This document shows positions 1 through 12,451 of a stretch of 60,000 bases of DNA, piece by piece. Within the stretch, counting starts at the first letter, position 1. Each line of letters begins with the position of its first letter. A model generated the notes under the pieces. The model was not told the origin of the DNA and ran no database searches. It saw only the letters and a program-made list of their open reading frames with translations. The stretch comes from Malacoraja senta. Its lineage: Eukaryota. The position numbers were made by a program, and so were the translations under genes. Location: assembly GCA_038087875.1 (NCBI GenBank), contig CM075988.1:13952001-14012000 (forward strand), written 5' to 3'.

Positions 1-165
1 AGAATTTTATACTTGGATCCCAAAGCACACATTTAATTAAATACATGAACTACTTATCTTTAACCATGAATATTTGATGATGTTTTCACAATAACATATA
101 TCTGCTTCTCACTTCTTCGGTGTAAATGGGCATCTGCAGTTCCTTCCTTCACAACAATTCCAGAA

Positions 166-384
166 TTGACGGAGACGGTGCACGCGGCGTCGAGGTGGTG
201 GCAGGCCGTTGCCGCGCGGAATTTTTGAACAGTGTCGGTTTTTCGGAGCCCTGCGCGGTGTCGGGACCAACTACATACGGCTCCGGCGCTCTACGTGGGA
301 CCGACCCCGCGACCTCCGCGCGGCCCCCACTTCCTGTTAGGTCGCGCTTGCCGCATGGAATCGCCTGCCCGTGGGACAGGCCCT
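166..384. mobile_element. PIF/Harbinger-type MITE, left part missing (same family as 36286-36746)
   Basis: Right terminus ...GCCCGTGGGACAGGCCCT followed by TTA; core is the reverse complement of ~36380-36490; followed directly by a V-SINE tail. Confidence 0.75.
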
Positions 385-466
385 TTAGTGTGCCGGAATC
401 GCTGGTCGGCGCGGACTCGGTGGGCCAAAGGGTCTGTTTCCACTTTGTATCTTTAAATTGTCTAAA
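385..466 (+). mobile_element. 3' tail of HE1-like V-SINE
   Basis: GGAATCGCTGGTCGGCGCGGACTCGGTGGGCC...TGTTTCC..TGTATCT matches tails of other SINE copies in the window. Confidence 0.75.
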
Positions 467-467
467 A

Positions 468-1258
468 TGATAGCAGGCAGCCTTGGAAGCCTTACCCCAT
501 TACTACAACCTCACGTCAAAAACCTTGGCGTGATATTTGACTCAGCACTGACTCAATGCCGTGGTAAAAGCTAGCTTCTTTCAGCTTCGGACGATAGCTA
601 AAATAAAACAATTCCTCCAGTTTGATGACCTCGAAAAGATCATCCACACATTCATCTCCTCCCGCCTAGATTACTGCAACTCCCTTTACACTGGCATCAG
701 CCAATCTTCCCTGTCCCGCCTGCAACTGGTCCAAAACGCCGCAGCGAGACTCCTGATGGGCACCCGAAAAAGGGACCACATCACCCCGATCCTGGCCTCT
801 CTCCACTGGCTCCCTGTGCGGTTCCGTATAAACTTCAAGATCCTCCTCTATGTCTACAAAGCCCTCAATGGGCTTGCCCCCACCTACATAAAAAGTCTTC
901 TCACCCACCACTCCACCTCCAGGCCCCTCAGATCGGCCGACTTGGGGTTGCTGAATATCCCACGGTCTAGGCATAAGCTCAGGGGCGACCGCGCTTTTGC
1001 GGTTGCAGCCCCTAGACTGTGGAACAGCATCCCCTTTCCCATCAGAACTGCCCCCTCCATCGACTCTTTTAAGTCAAGACTAAAGACTTATCTATACTCC
1101 CAAGCCTTTCCTGACGTCCTCTGAGTGAGGGCTACATGTATATATGTATGTAGTTTGTTTTGTTTGTGCTATTCTTATAACAAATGTAAAGCACTTTGGC
1201 CAACGAGAGTTGTTTTTTATATATGCTATATAAATAAATGTGACTTGACTTGACTTGA
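468..1258 (+). mobile_element. 5'-truncated L2-clade LINE (ORF2 C-terminus, 3' UTR, (GACTT)n tail)
   Basis: ORF 561-1124 has SRLDYCNSL, LQLVQNAAARL, HITPILASLHWLPV, GDRAFAVAAPRLWNS motifs typical of L2 ORF2; ends AATAAATGTGACTTGACTTGACTTGA. Confidence 0.9.
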
Positions 1259-1497
1259 ACTAAATTAAACTAAACTAAAACTAAGTGTTACTGAAGGAAC
1301 TCTATTTGGCTCCTCGCAGATAAGTAATTTTATGTTAATGTTTAACATGTTATTTATATCAGTTCTTGGTGCTTAATGTGTCTTGTATTTGTTTTAGTTT
1401 TTAATGCATTAATCATTTAAATCTATCGATAATAGTATCAAAATATCTCTTAACATCTATGGAATTCATAAGAAACCTGATAATTGATTCACCCTAA

Positions 1498-2455
1498 TGG
1501 TCCTGTCCCACTTAAGCCATTTTTCAGGTGACTGGAACACACACGCACACGCGATATACACACACACACACACACACGCGATACAGACACATGCACGCAC
1601 GTGATACACGCACGCGATACACACACGCACACGATACAGACACGCGCATGCACACGATACAGACACACTCGCGTGATACAGACACACGCACGCGATACAG
1701 ACACACGCACGCGATACAGACACACGCACGCACGTGAGACAGACACACGCACGCACGCGATACAGACACACACACGATACAGACACATGCATGTGCGACA
1801 CACGCACGTGAGATACACACCCACGCGAAACACGCAAGCGACACATGCGCGCGATACTGATACACGCGCGATACACACGCACGCGATACAGACACACGCA
1901 CACGATACAGACACACGCACACACACACACGCACACACACACACACACGATACAGACACACACCACGATGAACAGGAAGGTTGCCGCTGTAATTAAGATG
2001 GTGAAAGCACAGTGTACGGGAAAGGTCACGTAAGTCCTTTAAATGAGTGGGGGGAGAATGAGTAGAGACAACTTTTAAGAAGCTAAGGATACACGGCTGT
2101 GACGCTCGGTGGACATTAACATTACCGGTTGGTTTTCCTTGGTTCTGAAATCTACTGCTTACTTTTTTTTTCCAATGAACCAATGAAATTTACCGGCTAC
2201 ATCCTACGGGAACCTACGACAAGCTTTGACCTCCTGGCAACCCACTACCACTGCACCTAAGGCACGAGAATTCTCGCTACTCTCCATGGTGAGTAGCGAG
2301 AATTTGTGGCGACCATAATGAGACCCGACTAGTTCCCAGAATGCGGGAACTCCTTACGACCATGAAGGCGACTGCCCGGCAACCACCCACGAACATGTGA
2401 TGACCGCATAGTGTCCTGCAGTTGCCTAAAAAGTCACCTAAGTGGGACAGGCCCA
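1498..2455. mobile_element. PIF/Harbinger-type MITE with internal CA-rich simple repeat
   Basis: TIRs TGGTCCTGTCCCACTTA / TAAGTGGGACAGGCCCA; TAA at 1495-1497 and 2456-2458. Confidence 0.85.
1537..1968. repeat. Compound (CA)n / CACGCGATACAGACA micro-minisatellite
   Basis: Directly visible tandem degenerate units; source of the spurious Cys-Val and Thr-His ORFs. Confidence 0.95.
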
Positions 2456-2759
2456 TAAGTGTAACTTCTGCTTTATGGTTAATGATTAAGTACAAAGGTT
2501 TGGGATAACTTGAGTATTTGAGATTCTGCATTTTTTTAAATTAGAACATTGGTATTGAAGAACTATACAGAAAATCCTGGATACAAGTGAGTGGAAATGC
2601 AATGTGATTTAATTATCACTTTAGCTATATAAATTCTTTAATCTGTTAAGAAGTGAATTTCCAATACTTCAACTAAATGGACACAACTTCCACACACTGG
2701 GATTAAAACAGCAACCATGATTTTTGTAGAATCTTTTGGTTGGTGAAGGTCATTGTGCA

Positions 2760-3055
2760 TAGAAACAGTCCATTCAGCCCATTGAGTCCATGCCATTCAT
2801 CACGTATCCATTTGCACTAAACCAATTACATTTCTCATCAAGTCTTCCCAGATTCTACCACTCACCTACACCCCAGGGGAAATTAAGTGGCCATTTAACC
2901 TACCAACCGAAACATCTTTGGGATGTTGGAGGAAGCAGGAGCATTAGAGGAAACCCATGTGCCCACATGAAATTGCAAACTCTACACAAACAATACCCAA
3001 GGTAATGATGGAACCCAAGTCATAGAGCTAAGAGACAGCAGTTTTACTAAATGTA
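2760..3055 (-). mobile_element. Old, diverged V-SINE-like copy
   Basis: Degenerate TCTTTGGGATGTTGGAGGAAGCAGGAGCA...GAAACCCA central-domain match. Confidence 0.5.
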
Positions 3056-3219
3056 CTTCATACTTAATTATAATTTCATCCTTCAATTTCCTCTGGCATA
3101 GTTTACATAAAACTTTCAATCTATTTAGATTTGTAGTCTAATCCCTAAATTACATTGTTGGGACAAAGGACAAATCTAATCAAAAGAAATACATATACAA
3201 TACATGGATTATTTGCTTA

Positions 3220-3741
3220 AGGGGCTGTCCCACTGTGGCGACTTAATTGGTGAGTTTAGAAGAGTTTGCCCTCGACTCATACTTGCAGCATGGTCGACAT
3301 GAAATCCTAGGAGGTCTTTGTAACTCTCTTTCATGCTCGAGAGTAGTCCCCGCGTACTCGAGGCCTCAGCTAGGTCACGGTGTATTTTTCAACATGCTGA
3401 AAAATGCCCGCAAGTAAAGAAAAGTTGCCATGGGAAAAGAATCGCTATTTTTTTTACTCGTAGGTTTAGTCGAAGTAGGTCATAGTCAGTAGGTATATTA
3501 TTCGTAGGTAGTCGAAGGTAGTTGTAGATAGTCTTCAACATAGTCGAAGGGAGGTCGAAGGTGATCGAAGGAGGTCGTCTTCACTCTCCACTATTCGGTG
3601 TCCAATTTTCCCGAAGCTAGTCGAAGCTAGTGTTCAACATAGTCGAAGGAGGTCGAAAGAGATCTCCAACATGACACTTTTTCAAACTTTCCTAAACTCT
3701 TCTAAACTCGCCAATTAGGTCGCCGCAGTGGGACAGCCCCT
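3220..3741. mobile_element. PIF/Harbinger-type MITE
   Basis: ~48-bp near-perfect TIRs AGGGGCTGTCCCACTG.GGCGAC.TAATTGG.GAGTTTAGAAGAGTTT; TTA at 3217-3219 and 3742-3744; internal AGTCGAAG repeats. Confidence 0.9.
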
Positions 3742-4012
3742 TTATAAACATGCAAACCTGCTGAACCATTCAATAAAGTCTTGACCGATCTGATTGTAAT
3801 CTCCATTTTGTATCCATGGTAACCTTTTAACCCTAGTTTATCAAATATTTATCGAGCACCAATAGTGTTCCCTGTGCTGCCATGGAGGGCCAGCCTGACT
3901 TTTGGGTACAAATCACTGTAGTGTTATTAACCTGTTAAGTGCCACCCTGAGTATACTCATGTCATGGGCAATAGTGAATACAAATCTTGGCAGTGAACAG
4001 GTTAAACCTCAT

Positions 4013-4140
4013 GGGTAGACAAAAATGCTGGAGAAACTCAGTGGGTGAGGCAGCATCTATGGAGCAAAGGAACTAGGCAACGTTTCGGGCCGAAACCCTT
4101 CTTCCGTGATGTGTAGGTGGGGGGCGGGGGAGGGAAAAAA
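4013..4140 (-). mobile_element. Penelope terminal-repeat fragment
   Basis: Near-identical to 22970-23090 at the end of the Penelope element. Confidence 0.75.
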
Positions 4141-4441
4141 ACTCATGACCTGACTCTGACTGAGACTAACTTGAGTCATACTGAATGCTGACGCACTGCT
4201 CTGGACCGATGCCCGTGGTTTAGCATTGATTTTATAAACCATTTAAAAGAGAATTGTTACCTTTGAGATGTTTCTAAACATTGGCAGTAGCATCTCCACC
4301 CTCCTGCAGCACACTTGTTGGGCACCATCCCACAGCAGGAGTTTGCACAGCACTTTATCTGTGCAGCCCAGAGACAAGGCAAAGACCCAAATGAAGTATA
4401 ACACAAATTCCTGGACGTTAATTTAAAATTAAATTTAGTAC

Positions 4442-5340
4442 GTAAGTATGTAAGTAAATTTTATTTATATAGCACGTTTAAATCAACTCGCGTTGAAACC
4501 AAAGTGCTTTATATAAAAGAAATAATTAAGTTTCCGTACATCTATAGAAAAATTAACAGAAAAAAAGAACAATGACACAAGACATTATAGAATTCAACAT
4601 GAACGTCCCCCCACAACAGAATCAAAATGTTCCACTGTGGGGAAAGGCACCAGAAGGTTCAGTCCTCTTCATTTGTGATCACCCGAGGTCGTGGCCTATT
4701 TGTGGCCTCCGCAGCCAGTCCGATGTTTTCAGGCCCTCTTGCCGGGAAGATGGAACCCCGGCGTCGGGTGAACACTCCTCAGCGGCTTGGAATGTCTGGA
4801 GCGGCCGCTCCCTCCCCGGAGACCGCGGCACCCGAAGTCCTCAGGCCACGCTGGTTGGAGCTCCGACTCTGGCGATCTCGGATCCCAGGCTCCGCGGTGT
4901 TTTAAATCCAGCGCCGCCTGCCCGCGGCTGGACACCCGCAGCCACAGCTCCTCGATGTTGGAGTCGGCGGTCACAGCACTCTGGAGCTTACCGCTCGGCG
5001 ACCCGGCAAGGCATCGCCCGCTCCGTGATGGTGTCCCCGCTGTGTGCCGCCGCCGAAGCTGTAGTCCCGGCCGATCCTGACAGGAAACGCCGCTCCAGTC
5101 CGATGGTAGGCCGCGAGGAAGGGGCGAAGAAGCAGCTCGGAGGGAAGCCGCCTCTCCGACCAGGTAGGGACTAGGAAATAAAGTTTCCCCTTCCCCTCCC
5201 CCCACCCACCACATAAAAGACCTCCAACTAACATTTGTTTTTTAACAGGACTAAAAGTAAAAATAAAAAAGGGTGAAAGGGCGGACTGCAGGCAGAGCAG
5301 CCATACACAATGGCGCCCCACTCCTGCAGTCCGCCATCTT
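4442..5340 (-). mobile_element. Non-autonomous SINE-like retroposon with L2-type 3' tail
   Basis: Minus-strand tail TAAAGCACTTTGG...GAGTTG...TGCTATATAAATAAA plus (TTAC)n matches the L2 tail at 1186-1258; GC/CpG-rich body; head AAGATGGCGG with a 13-bp hairpin. Confidence 0.7.
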
Positions 5341-5652
5341 GAGTTTGATGAAATAATGAAATGTCCTCAAATTAGGCAACAGAACGGATGCTTATATCAA
5401 GGATGATAAATATTTGGAACATAATTTGCTCTCTAATTCAATCTCTGCTATGGAAATATTTAAAACTCAATATGGAATCATCTAAAGAGACTTGGGAACT
5501 AAGGAAAGAAACACAAAGTGCTGGAGTAACTCAATGGGATTTAGCAGCATCTCTGGAGAACATGGATCAGTGGCATTCAGGGTCGGGGCCCGTCTTCAGA
5601 TGTACCAGTGGAATTAGACTCTTTTTCTCGGTGCTGTCAGAAAAGAGTGTAA

Positions 5653-5969
5653 TTTGGTTTAGTTTAGAGATACAGCGCAGCAACAGGCCCTTCGGCCCAT
5701 CGAGTCCGCACCGACAAGTAATCCCCGCACATTAACACTATCCTACACAAACTAGGGACAATTTACACTTATACCAAGACAATTTACCTACATACCTGTA
5801 CGTCTTTGGAGTGTGGGAGGAAACCGTAGATCTCTGAGAAAACCCACGCAGTGACGGGGAGAACGTACAAACTCCGTACAGACAGCACCCATAGTCGGGA
5901 TTGAACCCGGGTCTGGGGCGTTACAAGCGCTGTAAGGCAACAACTCTACCGCTGTGCCACTGTGGTGCC
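5653..5969 (-). mobile_element. HE1-like tRNA-derived V-SINE (copy in A1)
   Basis: tRNA-like head with A box and GGTTCAATCCC B box, V-domain GTTTGTACGTTCTCCCCGT...TTTCCTCCCACACTCCAAAGAC, (TAAAC)n tail. Confidence 0.85.
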
Positions 5970-6026
5970 AATTCATTTAGATGCTAAATCTTTGTTTGTA
6001 CAGCAAACTGGTTATGAATTTTCATG

Positions 6027-8170
6027 TTTTTTAAATTTTTTTAAATGTTTTTATTTTATTATAAGTAAGTACAGAAATATGGCACCAAGGTGCCTAATAT
6101 ATATTGACATGTTACATTTTAAGTACAGCTTCTTTTTTTTCTTTTTTAATAATGAAAAAGAAAGAGAATAGATAATAAAAGATAGAGAAACGTGTCATAT
6201 ATAGTGTGTGAAAAGGAGAAAAGGGTGAAAGAAGAAAAATGAAGAAAAGAAGATAGAGAGAGAAAGAGTAGAAAGTAAGAGATTAAGGAGATCATTATCT
6301 ATATTCTTGACCATTCCTCACCCAATCCTGAAACAGTTGGTTTCTACGATTTTGTTGCACCATATGCTTCCAAAAAATCAACAAATGGAGACCAACTCAT
6401 TAAGAATTGGTCTGATTTATCTATTAGGAGGAATCGCATTTCCTCAAGATGTGCGGTGTCCAACATATTTGAAATCCACATTTTAAGCGTTGGTATGGGT
6501 GTATTTTTCCAAAATTTAAGTATACGTTTTTTTGCCGTTATTAACCCATAATTAAAAAATAAATTTTGAGATGAGTTCAATTTATTCCCATCTTCCATTA
6601 CTCCAAATATAATCATTTCAGTATTAGGTTCCATTTTTATCTTGAATAATTTTGTAAATATTTCAAAAATATCACTCCAGAATTTATAAAGTTTTATGCA
6701 GGAAACAAAAGAGTGTGTTATAGTTGCATTTTGGGCTAGACATTTATCACAAATGGGGTAGGTATTTGCATAGAATGTATTCAATCTAGATTTTGAATAA
6801 TATAATCTATGTAAAATTTTTAATTGAATTAAATTATGTCTTACATTAATCGAACATTTGTGTATGTATATCAAATACTTTTCCCATGTTTCCTTTGTGA
6901 TTTTTATCATTAATTCTCGTTCCCACTCTTCTCTAAGTGCCTCTGTCGATGGTAGGTCTATTTTTAAAATACTATTATATAAATATGATATTAATTTCTG
7001 TGTCAGCCTTAATATTCATTGCTTCTTCCAGTGGATCTAAAGTTATGTTTTGATATCTTTTTATGTATTTCTTCATGAAGTCGCAGATCTGAAGATATTT
7101 AAAATATTGGTTATTTTTCAGTTTAAATTTTAATTGTAATTGTTGGAATGATAACAGATTTCTCATTTCATACATATCACCGATCCTTTTAATTCCCATT
7201 CTTTCCCATTGGTTATATGTTTTATCAATAAGAGACGGTTTAAATGAAGGATTATTAACTATTGGCATTAACAATGATAGGTTTCATAATTTTAAAGATA
7301 ATTTTATTTGTTTCCAAATTCTTTTTGTATCATGTATAATTGGGTTATTCTTATATATTGTGTTGTTCAGTTTAATCGGGGAGAAGAGGATCGCTACTAT
7401 GTTACAAGGAGAACAATCCTCTTTCTCCATTCTTATCCATTCTGTCTGTTGGGTAGAACTGTCCAACCAGTAAATTATATTCTTAATATGCACTGCCCAA
7501 TATTAATACAACAAGTTTGGAAGTGAAAGTCCCCCAACATCTTTTGGTTTGCACGTGTTTTCTTTGAATTCTGTGTGATCTATAGTCCCAAATAAAATTG
7601 GTAATATTAGATTCTAGTTTAAAAAAAAAGGTTTTTGGGTATATATAATGGTATAGATTGAAATAGGTATAATATTTGTGGTAAAAAGATCATTTTTATA
7701 GCGTTTATTCTGCCTATTAATGATAACGGAAGTGTTTTCCAGAATTTAATCAACGCGTTGAGTTTATTTAATAAAGGCATAAAATTAGCATTAAATAGTG
7801 CTTTGTATTTTCTAGTAATTTGAACACCCAAATACTTAAATTTCTCTTTTGCAATTTTAAAGGGGAATTTTAATAGGTGTGTAGATTCTTGAGGTTTTAA
7901 CGTCATGATTTCACTTTTATTCCAATTTATTCTATATCCAGAAAAAGAACCGAATTCCTCTATTAAATTAAATAAGTTTGGTATGCTCATTTGTGAATTT
8001 GTAATGTATAAAAGTATATCGTCTGCAAATAATGAAATTTTATTATTTGAGTCCCTAGTATTATATCCCTCAATATTCGGATGAATTCTTATACTTTCAG
8101 CCAGGGGCTCTATCATAAGGGCAAATAGCAGAGGCGATAAAGCACATCCCTGCCTATTGCCCCTCGAAAG
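6027..8170 (-). mobile_element. 5'-truncated L1-clade LINE, frameshifted ORF2 (copy 1)
   Basis: RGNRQGCALSPLLF, LFADDILLY, GYRINWNKS, KYLGV RT motifs; C-terminal CDKC...HSFVSC Cys/His motif; 3' UTR with AATAAAATAAA and A-rich tail. Confidence 0.92.
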
Positions 8171-8543
8171 GGCGGACTGCAGGCAGAGCAGCCATACACA
8201 ACGGCGCCCCACTCCTGCAGTCCGCCATCTTGAGTTTGATGAAATGATGAAATGTCCTCAAATTAGGCAACAGAACGGATGCTTATATCAAGGATGATAA
8301 ATATTTGGAACATAATTTGCTCTCTAATTCAATCTCTGCTATGGAAATATTTAAAACTCAATATGGAATCATCTAAAGAGACTTGGGAACTAAGGAAAGA
8401 AACTCAAAGTGCTGGAGTAACTCAATGGGATTTAGCAGCATCTCTGGAGAACATGGATCAGTGGCATTCAGGGTCGGGGCCCGTCTTCAGATGTACCAGT
8501 GGAATTAGACTCTTTTTCTCGGTGCTGTCAGAAAAGAGTGTAA

Positions 8544-8860
8544 TTTGGTTTAGTTTAGAGATACAGCGCAGCAACAGGCCCTTCGGCCCATCGAGTCCGC
8601 ACCGACAAGTAATCCCCACACATTAACACTATCCTACACAAACTAGGGACAATTTACACTTATACCAAGACAATTTACCTACATACCTGTACGTCTTTGG
8701 AGTGTGGGAGGAAACCGTAGATCTCTGAGAAAACCCACGCAGTGACGGGGAGAACGTACAAACTCCGTACAGACAGCACCCATAGTCGGGATTGAACCCG
8801 GGTCTGGGGCGTTACAAGCGCTGTAAGGCAACAACTCTACCGCTGTGCCACTGTGGTGCC
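8544..8860 (-). mobile_element. HE1-like V-SINE (copy in A2)
   Basis: Duplicate of 5653-5969. Confidence 0.85.
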
Positions 8861-8917
8861 AATTCATTTAGATGCTAAATCTTTGTTTGTACAGCAAACT
8901 GGTTATGAATTTTCATG

Positions 8918-11065
8918 TTTTTTAAATTTTTTAAAAATTTTTTATTTTATTATAAGTAAGTACAGAAATATGGCACCAAGGTGCCTAATATATATTGACA
9001 TGTTACATTTTAAGTACAGCTTCTTTTTTTTCTTTTTTAATAATGAAAAAGAAAAAGAGAGAATAGATAATAAAAGATAGAGAAACGTGTCATATATAGT
9101 GTGTGAAAAGGAGAAAAGGGTGAAAGAAGAAAAATGAAGAAAAGAAGATAGAGAGAGAAAGAGTAGAAAGTAAGAGATTAAGGAGATCATTATCTATATT
9201 CTTGACCATTCCTCACCCAATCCTGAAACAGTTGGTTTCTACGATTTTGTTGCACCATATGCTTCCAAAAAATCAACAAATGGAGACCAACTCATTAAGA
9301 ATTGGTCTGATTTATCTATTAGGAGGAATCGCATTTCCTCAAGATGTGCGGTGTCCAACATATTTGAAATCCACATTTTAAGCGTTGGTATGGGTGTATT
9401 TTTCCAAAATTTAAGTATACGTTTTTTTGCCGTTATTAACCCATAATTAAAAAATAAATTTTGAGATGAGTTCAATTTATTCCCATCTTCCATTACTCCA
9501 AATATAATCATTTCAGTATTAGGTTCCATTTTTATCTTGAATAATTTTGTAAATATTTCAAAAATATCACTCCAGAATTTATAAAGTTTTATGCAGGAAA
9601 CAAAAGAGTGTGTTATAGTTGCATTTTGGGCTAGACATTTATCACAAATGGGGGAGGTATTTGCATAGAATGTATTCAATCTAGATTTTGAATAATATAA
9701 TCTATGTAAAATTTTTAATTGAATTAAATTATGTCTTACATTAATCGAACATTTGTGTATGTATATCAAATACTTTTCCCATGTTTCCTTTGTGATTTTT
9801 ATCATTAATTCTCGTTCCCACTCTTCTCTAAGTGCCTCTGTCGATGGTAGGTCTATTTTTAAAATACTATTATATAAATATGATATTAATTTCTGTGTCA
9901 GCCTTAATATTCATTGCTTCTTCCAGTGGATCTAAAGTTATGTTTTGATATCTTTTTATGTATTTCTTCATGAAGTCGCAGATCTGAAGATATTTAAAAT
10001 ATTGGTTATTTTTCAGTTTAAATTTTAATTGTAATTGTTGGAATGATAACAGATTTCCCATTTCATACATATCACCGATCCTTTTAATTCCCATTCTTTC
10101 CCATTGGTTATATGTTTTATCAATAAGAGACGGTTTAAATGAAGGATTATTAACTATTGGCATTAACAATGATAGGTTTCATAATTTTAAAGATAATTTT
10201 ATTTGTTTCCAAATTCTTTTTGTATCATGTATAATTGGGTTATTCTTATATATTGTGTTGTTCAGTTTTATCGGGGAGAAGAGGATCGCTACTATGTTAC
10301 AAGGAGAACAATCCTCTTTCTCCATTCTTATCCATTCTGTCTGTTGGGTAGAACTGTCCAACCAGTAAATTATATTCTTAATATGCACTGCCCAATATTA
10401 ATACAACAAGTTCGGAAGTGAAAGTCCCCCAACATCTTTTCGTTTGCACGTGTTTTCTTTGAATTCTGTGTGATCTATAGTCCCAAATAAAATTGGTAAT
10501 ATTAGATTCTAGTTTAAAAAAAAAGGTTTTTGGGTATATATAATGGTATAGATTGAAATAGGTATAATATTTGTGGTAAAAAGATCATTTTTATAGCGTT
10601 TATTCTGCCTATTAATGATAACGGAAGTGTTTTCCAGAATTTAATCAACGCGTTGAGTTTATTTAATAAAGGCATAAAATTAGCATTAAATAGTGCTTTG
10701 TATTTTCTAGTAATTTGAACACCCAAATACTTAAATTTCTCTTTTGCAATTTTAAAGGGGAATTTTAATAGGTGTGTAGATTCTTGAGGTTTTAACGTCA
10801 TGATTTCACTTTTATTCCAATTTATTCTATATCCAGAAAAAGAACCGAATTCCTCTATTAAATTAAATAAGTTTGGTATGCTCATTTGTGAATTTGTAAT
10901 GTATAAAAGTATATCGTCTGCAAATAATGAAATTTTATTATTTGAGTCCCTAGTATTATATCCCTCAATATTCGGATGAATTCTTATACTTTCAGCCAGG
11001 GGCTCTATCATAAGGGCAAATAGCAGAGGCGATAAAGCACATCCCTGCCTATTGCCCCTCGAAAG
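8918..11065 (-). mobile_element. 5'-truncated L1-clade LINE (copy 2)
   Basis: Near-identical to 6027-8170 with the same frameshifts. Confidence 0.92.
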
Positions 11066-11438
11066 GGCGGACTGCAGGCAGAGCAGCCATACACAACGGC
11101 GCCCCACTCCTGCAGTCCGCCATCTTGAGTTTGATGAAATGATGAAATGTCCTCAAATTAGGCAACAGAACGGATGCTTATATCAAGGATGATAAATATT
11201 TGGAACACAATTTGCTCTCTAGTTCAATCTCTGCTATGGAAATATTTAAAACTCAATATGGTATCATCTAAAGAGACTTGGGAACTAAGCAAAAAAACAC
11301 AAAGTGCTGGAGTAACTCAATGGGATTTAGCAGCATCTCTGGAGAACATGGATCAGTGGCATTCAGGGTCGGGGCCCTTCTTCAGATGTACCAGTGGAAT
11401 TAGATTCTTTTTCTGGGTGCTGTCAGAAAAGAGTGTAA

Positions 11439-11755
11439 TTTTGTTTAATTTAGAGATACAGCGCAGCAACAGGCCCTTCGGCCCATCGAGTCCGCACCGA
11501 CCAGTAATCCCCGCACATTAACACTATCCTACACAAACTAGGGACAATTTACACTTATACCAAGCCAATTCACCTACATACCTGTACGTCTTTGGAGAGT
11601 GGGAGGAAACCGTAGATCTCTGAGTAAACCCACGCAGTCACGGGGAGAATATACAAACTCCGTACAGACAGCACCCATAGTCGGGATTGAACCCGGGTCT
11701 GGGGCGTTACAAGCGCTGTAAGGCAACAACTCTACCGCTGTGCCACTGTGCTGCC
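11439..11755 (-). mobile_element. HE1-like V-SINE (copy in A3)
   Basis: More diverged duplicate of 5653-5969. Confidence 0.85.
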
Positions 11756-12451
11756 AATTCATTTAGATGCTAAGTCTTTGTTTGTACAGCAATTAAACTG
11801 GTTATGAATTTTCATGGGTTAACTGTCGATCATTCACTGAGCTTGAAACTTGCTGTTTATGCTCACAGAACAAAATAGTCAGTCCTCACAATAAGCCCCA
11901 TCAATTGTTGAGCTAAAGGCCTTTGTAAACACAGAGAGATTTGAGATTTATATTAAGGTTGTTGCTAAGGGCAGACAAAAGAAGCTGTTATTTACCAATA
12001 TATATGCAAGTCTCTGACAGGTGTGTTACTGAGACTTCTGGAACCGACAGGCCAGATGCACATCACTAAAGAGAGAAGGAATTATTCCCTATGCATGAAC
12101 CCTTGTCATCCATTTATGTTCTTATTGAATACTGACTGCATTGTTTTTTTTTCTTGTTAAATGGTTCCTTGAAAGGATTTCATAATTCCACGACTTCCCA
12201 AACGGACTTGAGTGTTAGATGTAATCAACAATACTCCCCATGGCCCTACTGTGCACTGTAAAGGTCCTGCCCTGGTAAATCACAGGACAACCATTTTAAC
12301 ATGTAGGTTTACTTAATAATATCATTCCATGGACTGATGTCAAAGCTCACATCATCATTGTGGAAGGATCACTAGACATGAATGTTTTTGCTTTATTGCT
12401 ATCGCATAGCATACAGATCATAACTGCTGAATGTACTAACATTTTACCATC

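Larger units (their letters stand above)
5275..11816. repeat. A-L-A-L-A tandem array: A=5275-6026, 8166-8917, 11061-11816; L=6027-8165, 8918-11060
   Basis: Direct repeats with period 2891-2895 bp; ORF track repeats accordingly. Confidence 0.97.

Noticed and set aside
1466..2183. Long Cys/Val- and Thr/His-rich ORFs
   Set aside because: Translations of a CA-type simple repeat, open in several frames on both strands
3465..3660. CRISPR-like or regulatory repeat array (AGTCGAAG)
   Set aside because: Irregular short repeats inside a MITE in eukaryotic DNA; no constant repeat-spacer period
4572..5321. Overlapping 100-200 aa ORFs
   Set aside because: Stop-poor GC-rich body of a SINE-like element; no protein motif
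7619..8212. Chimeric ORF (SINE head fused to L1 RT) as a new gene
   Set aside because: Non-ATG start, only part of the RT domain, ends at a frameshift; a junction product
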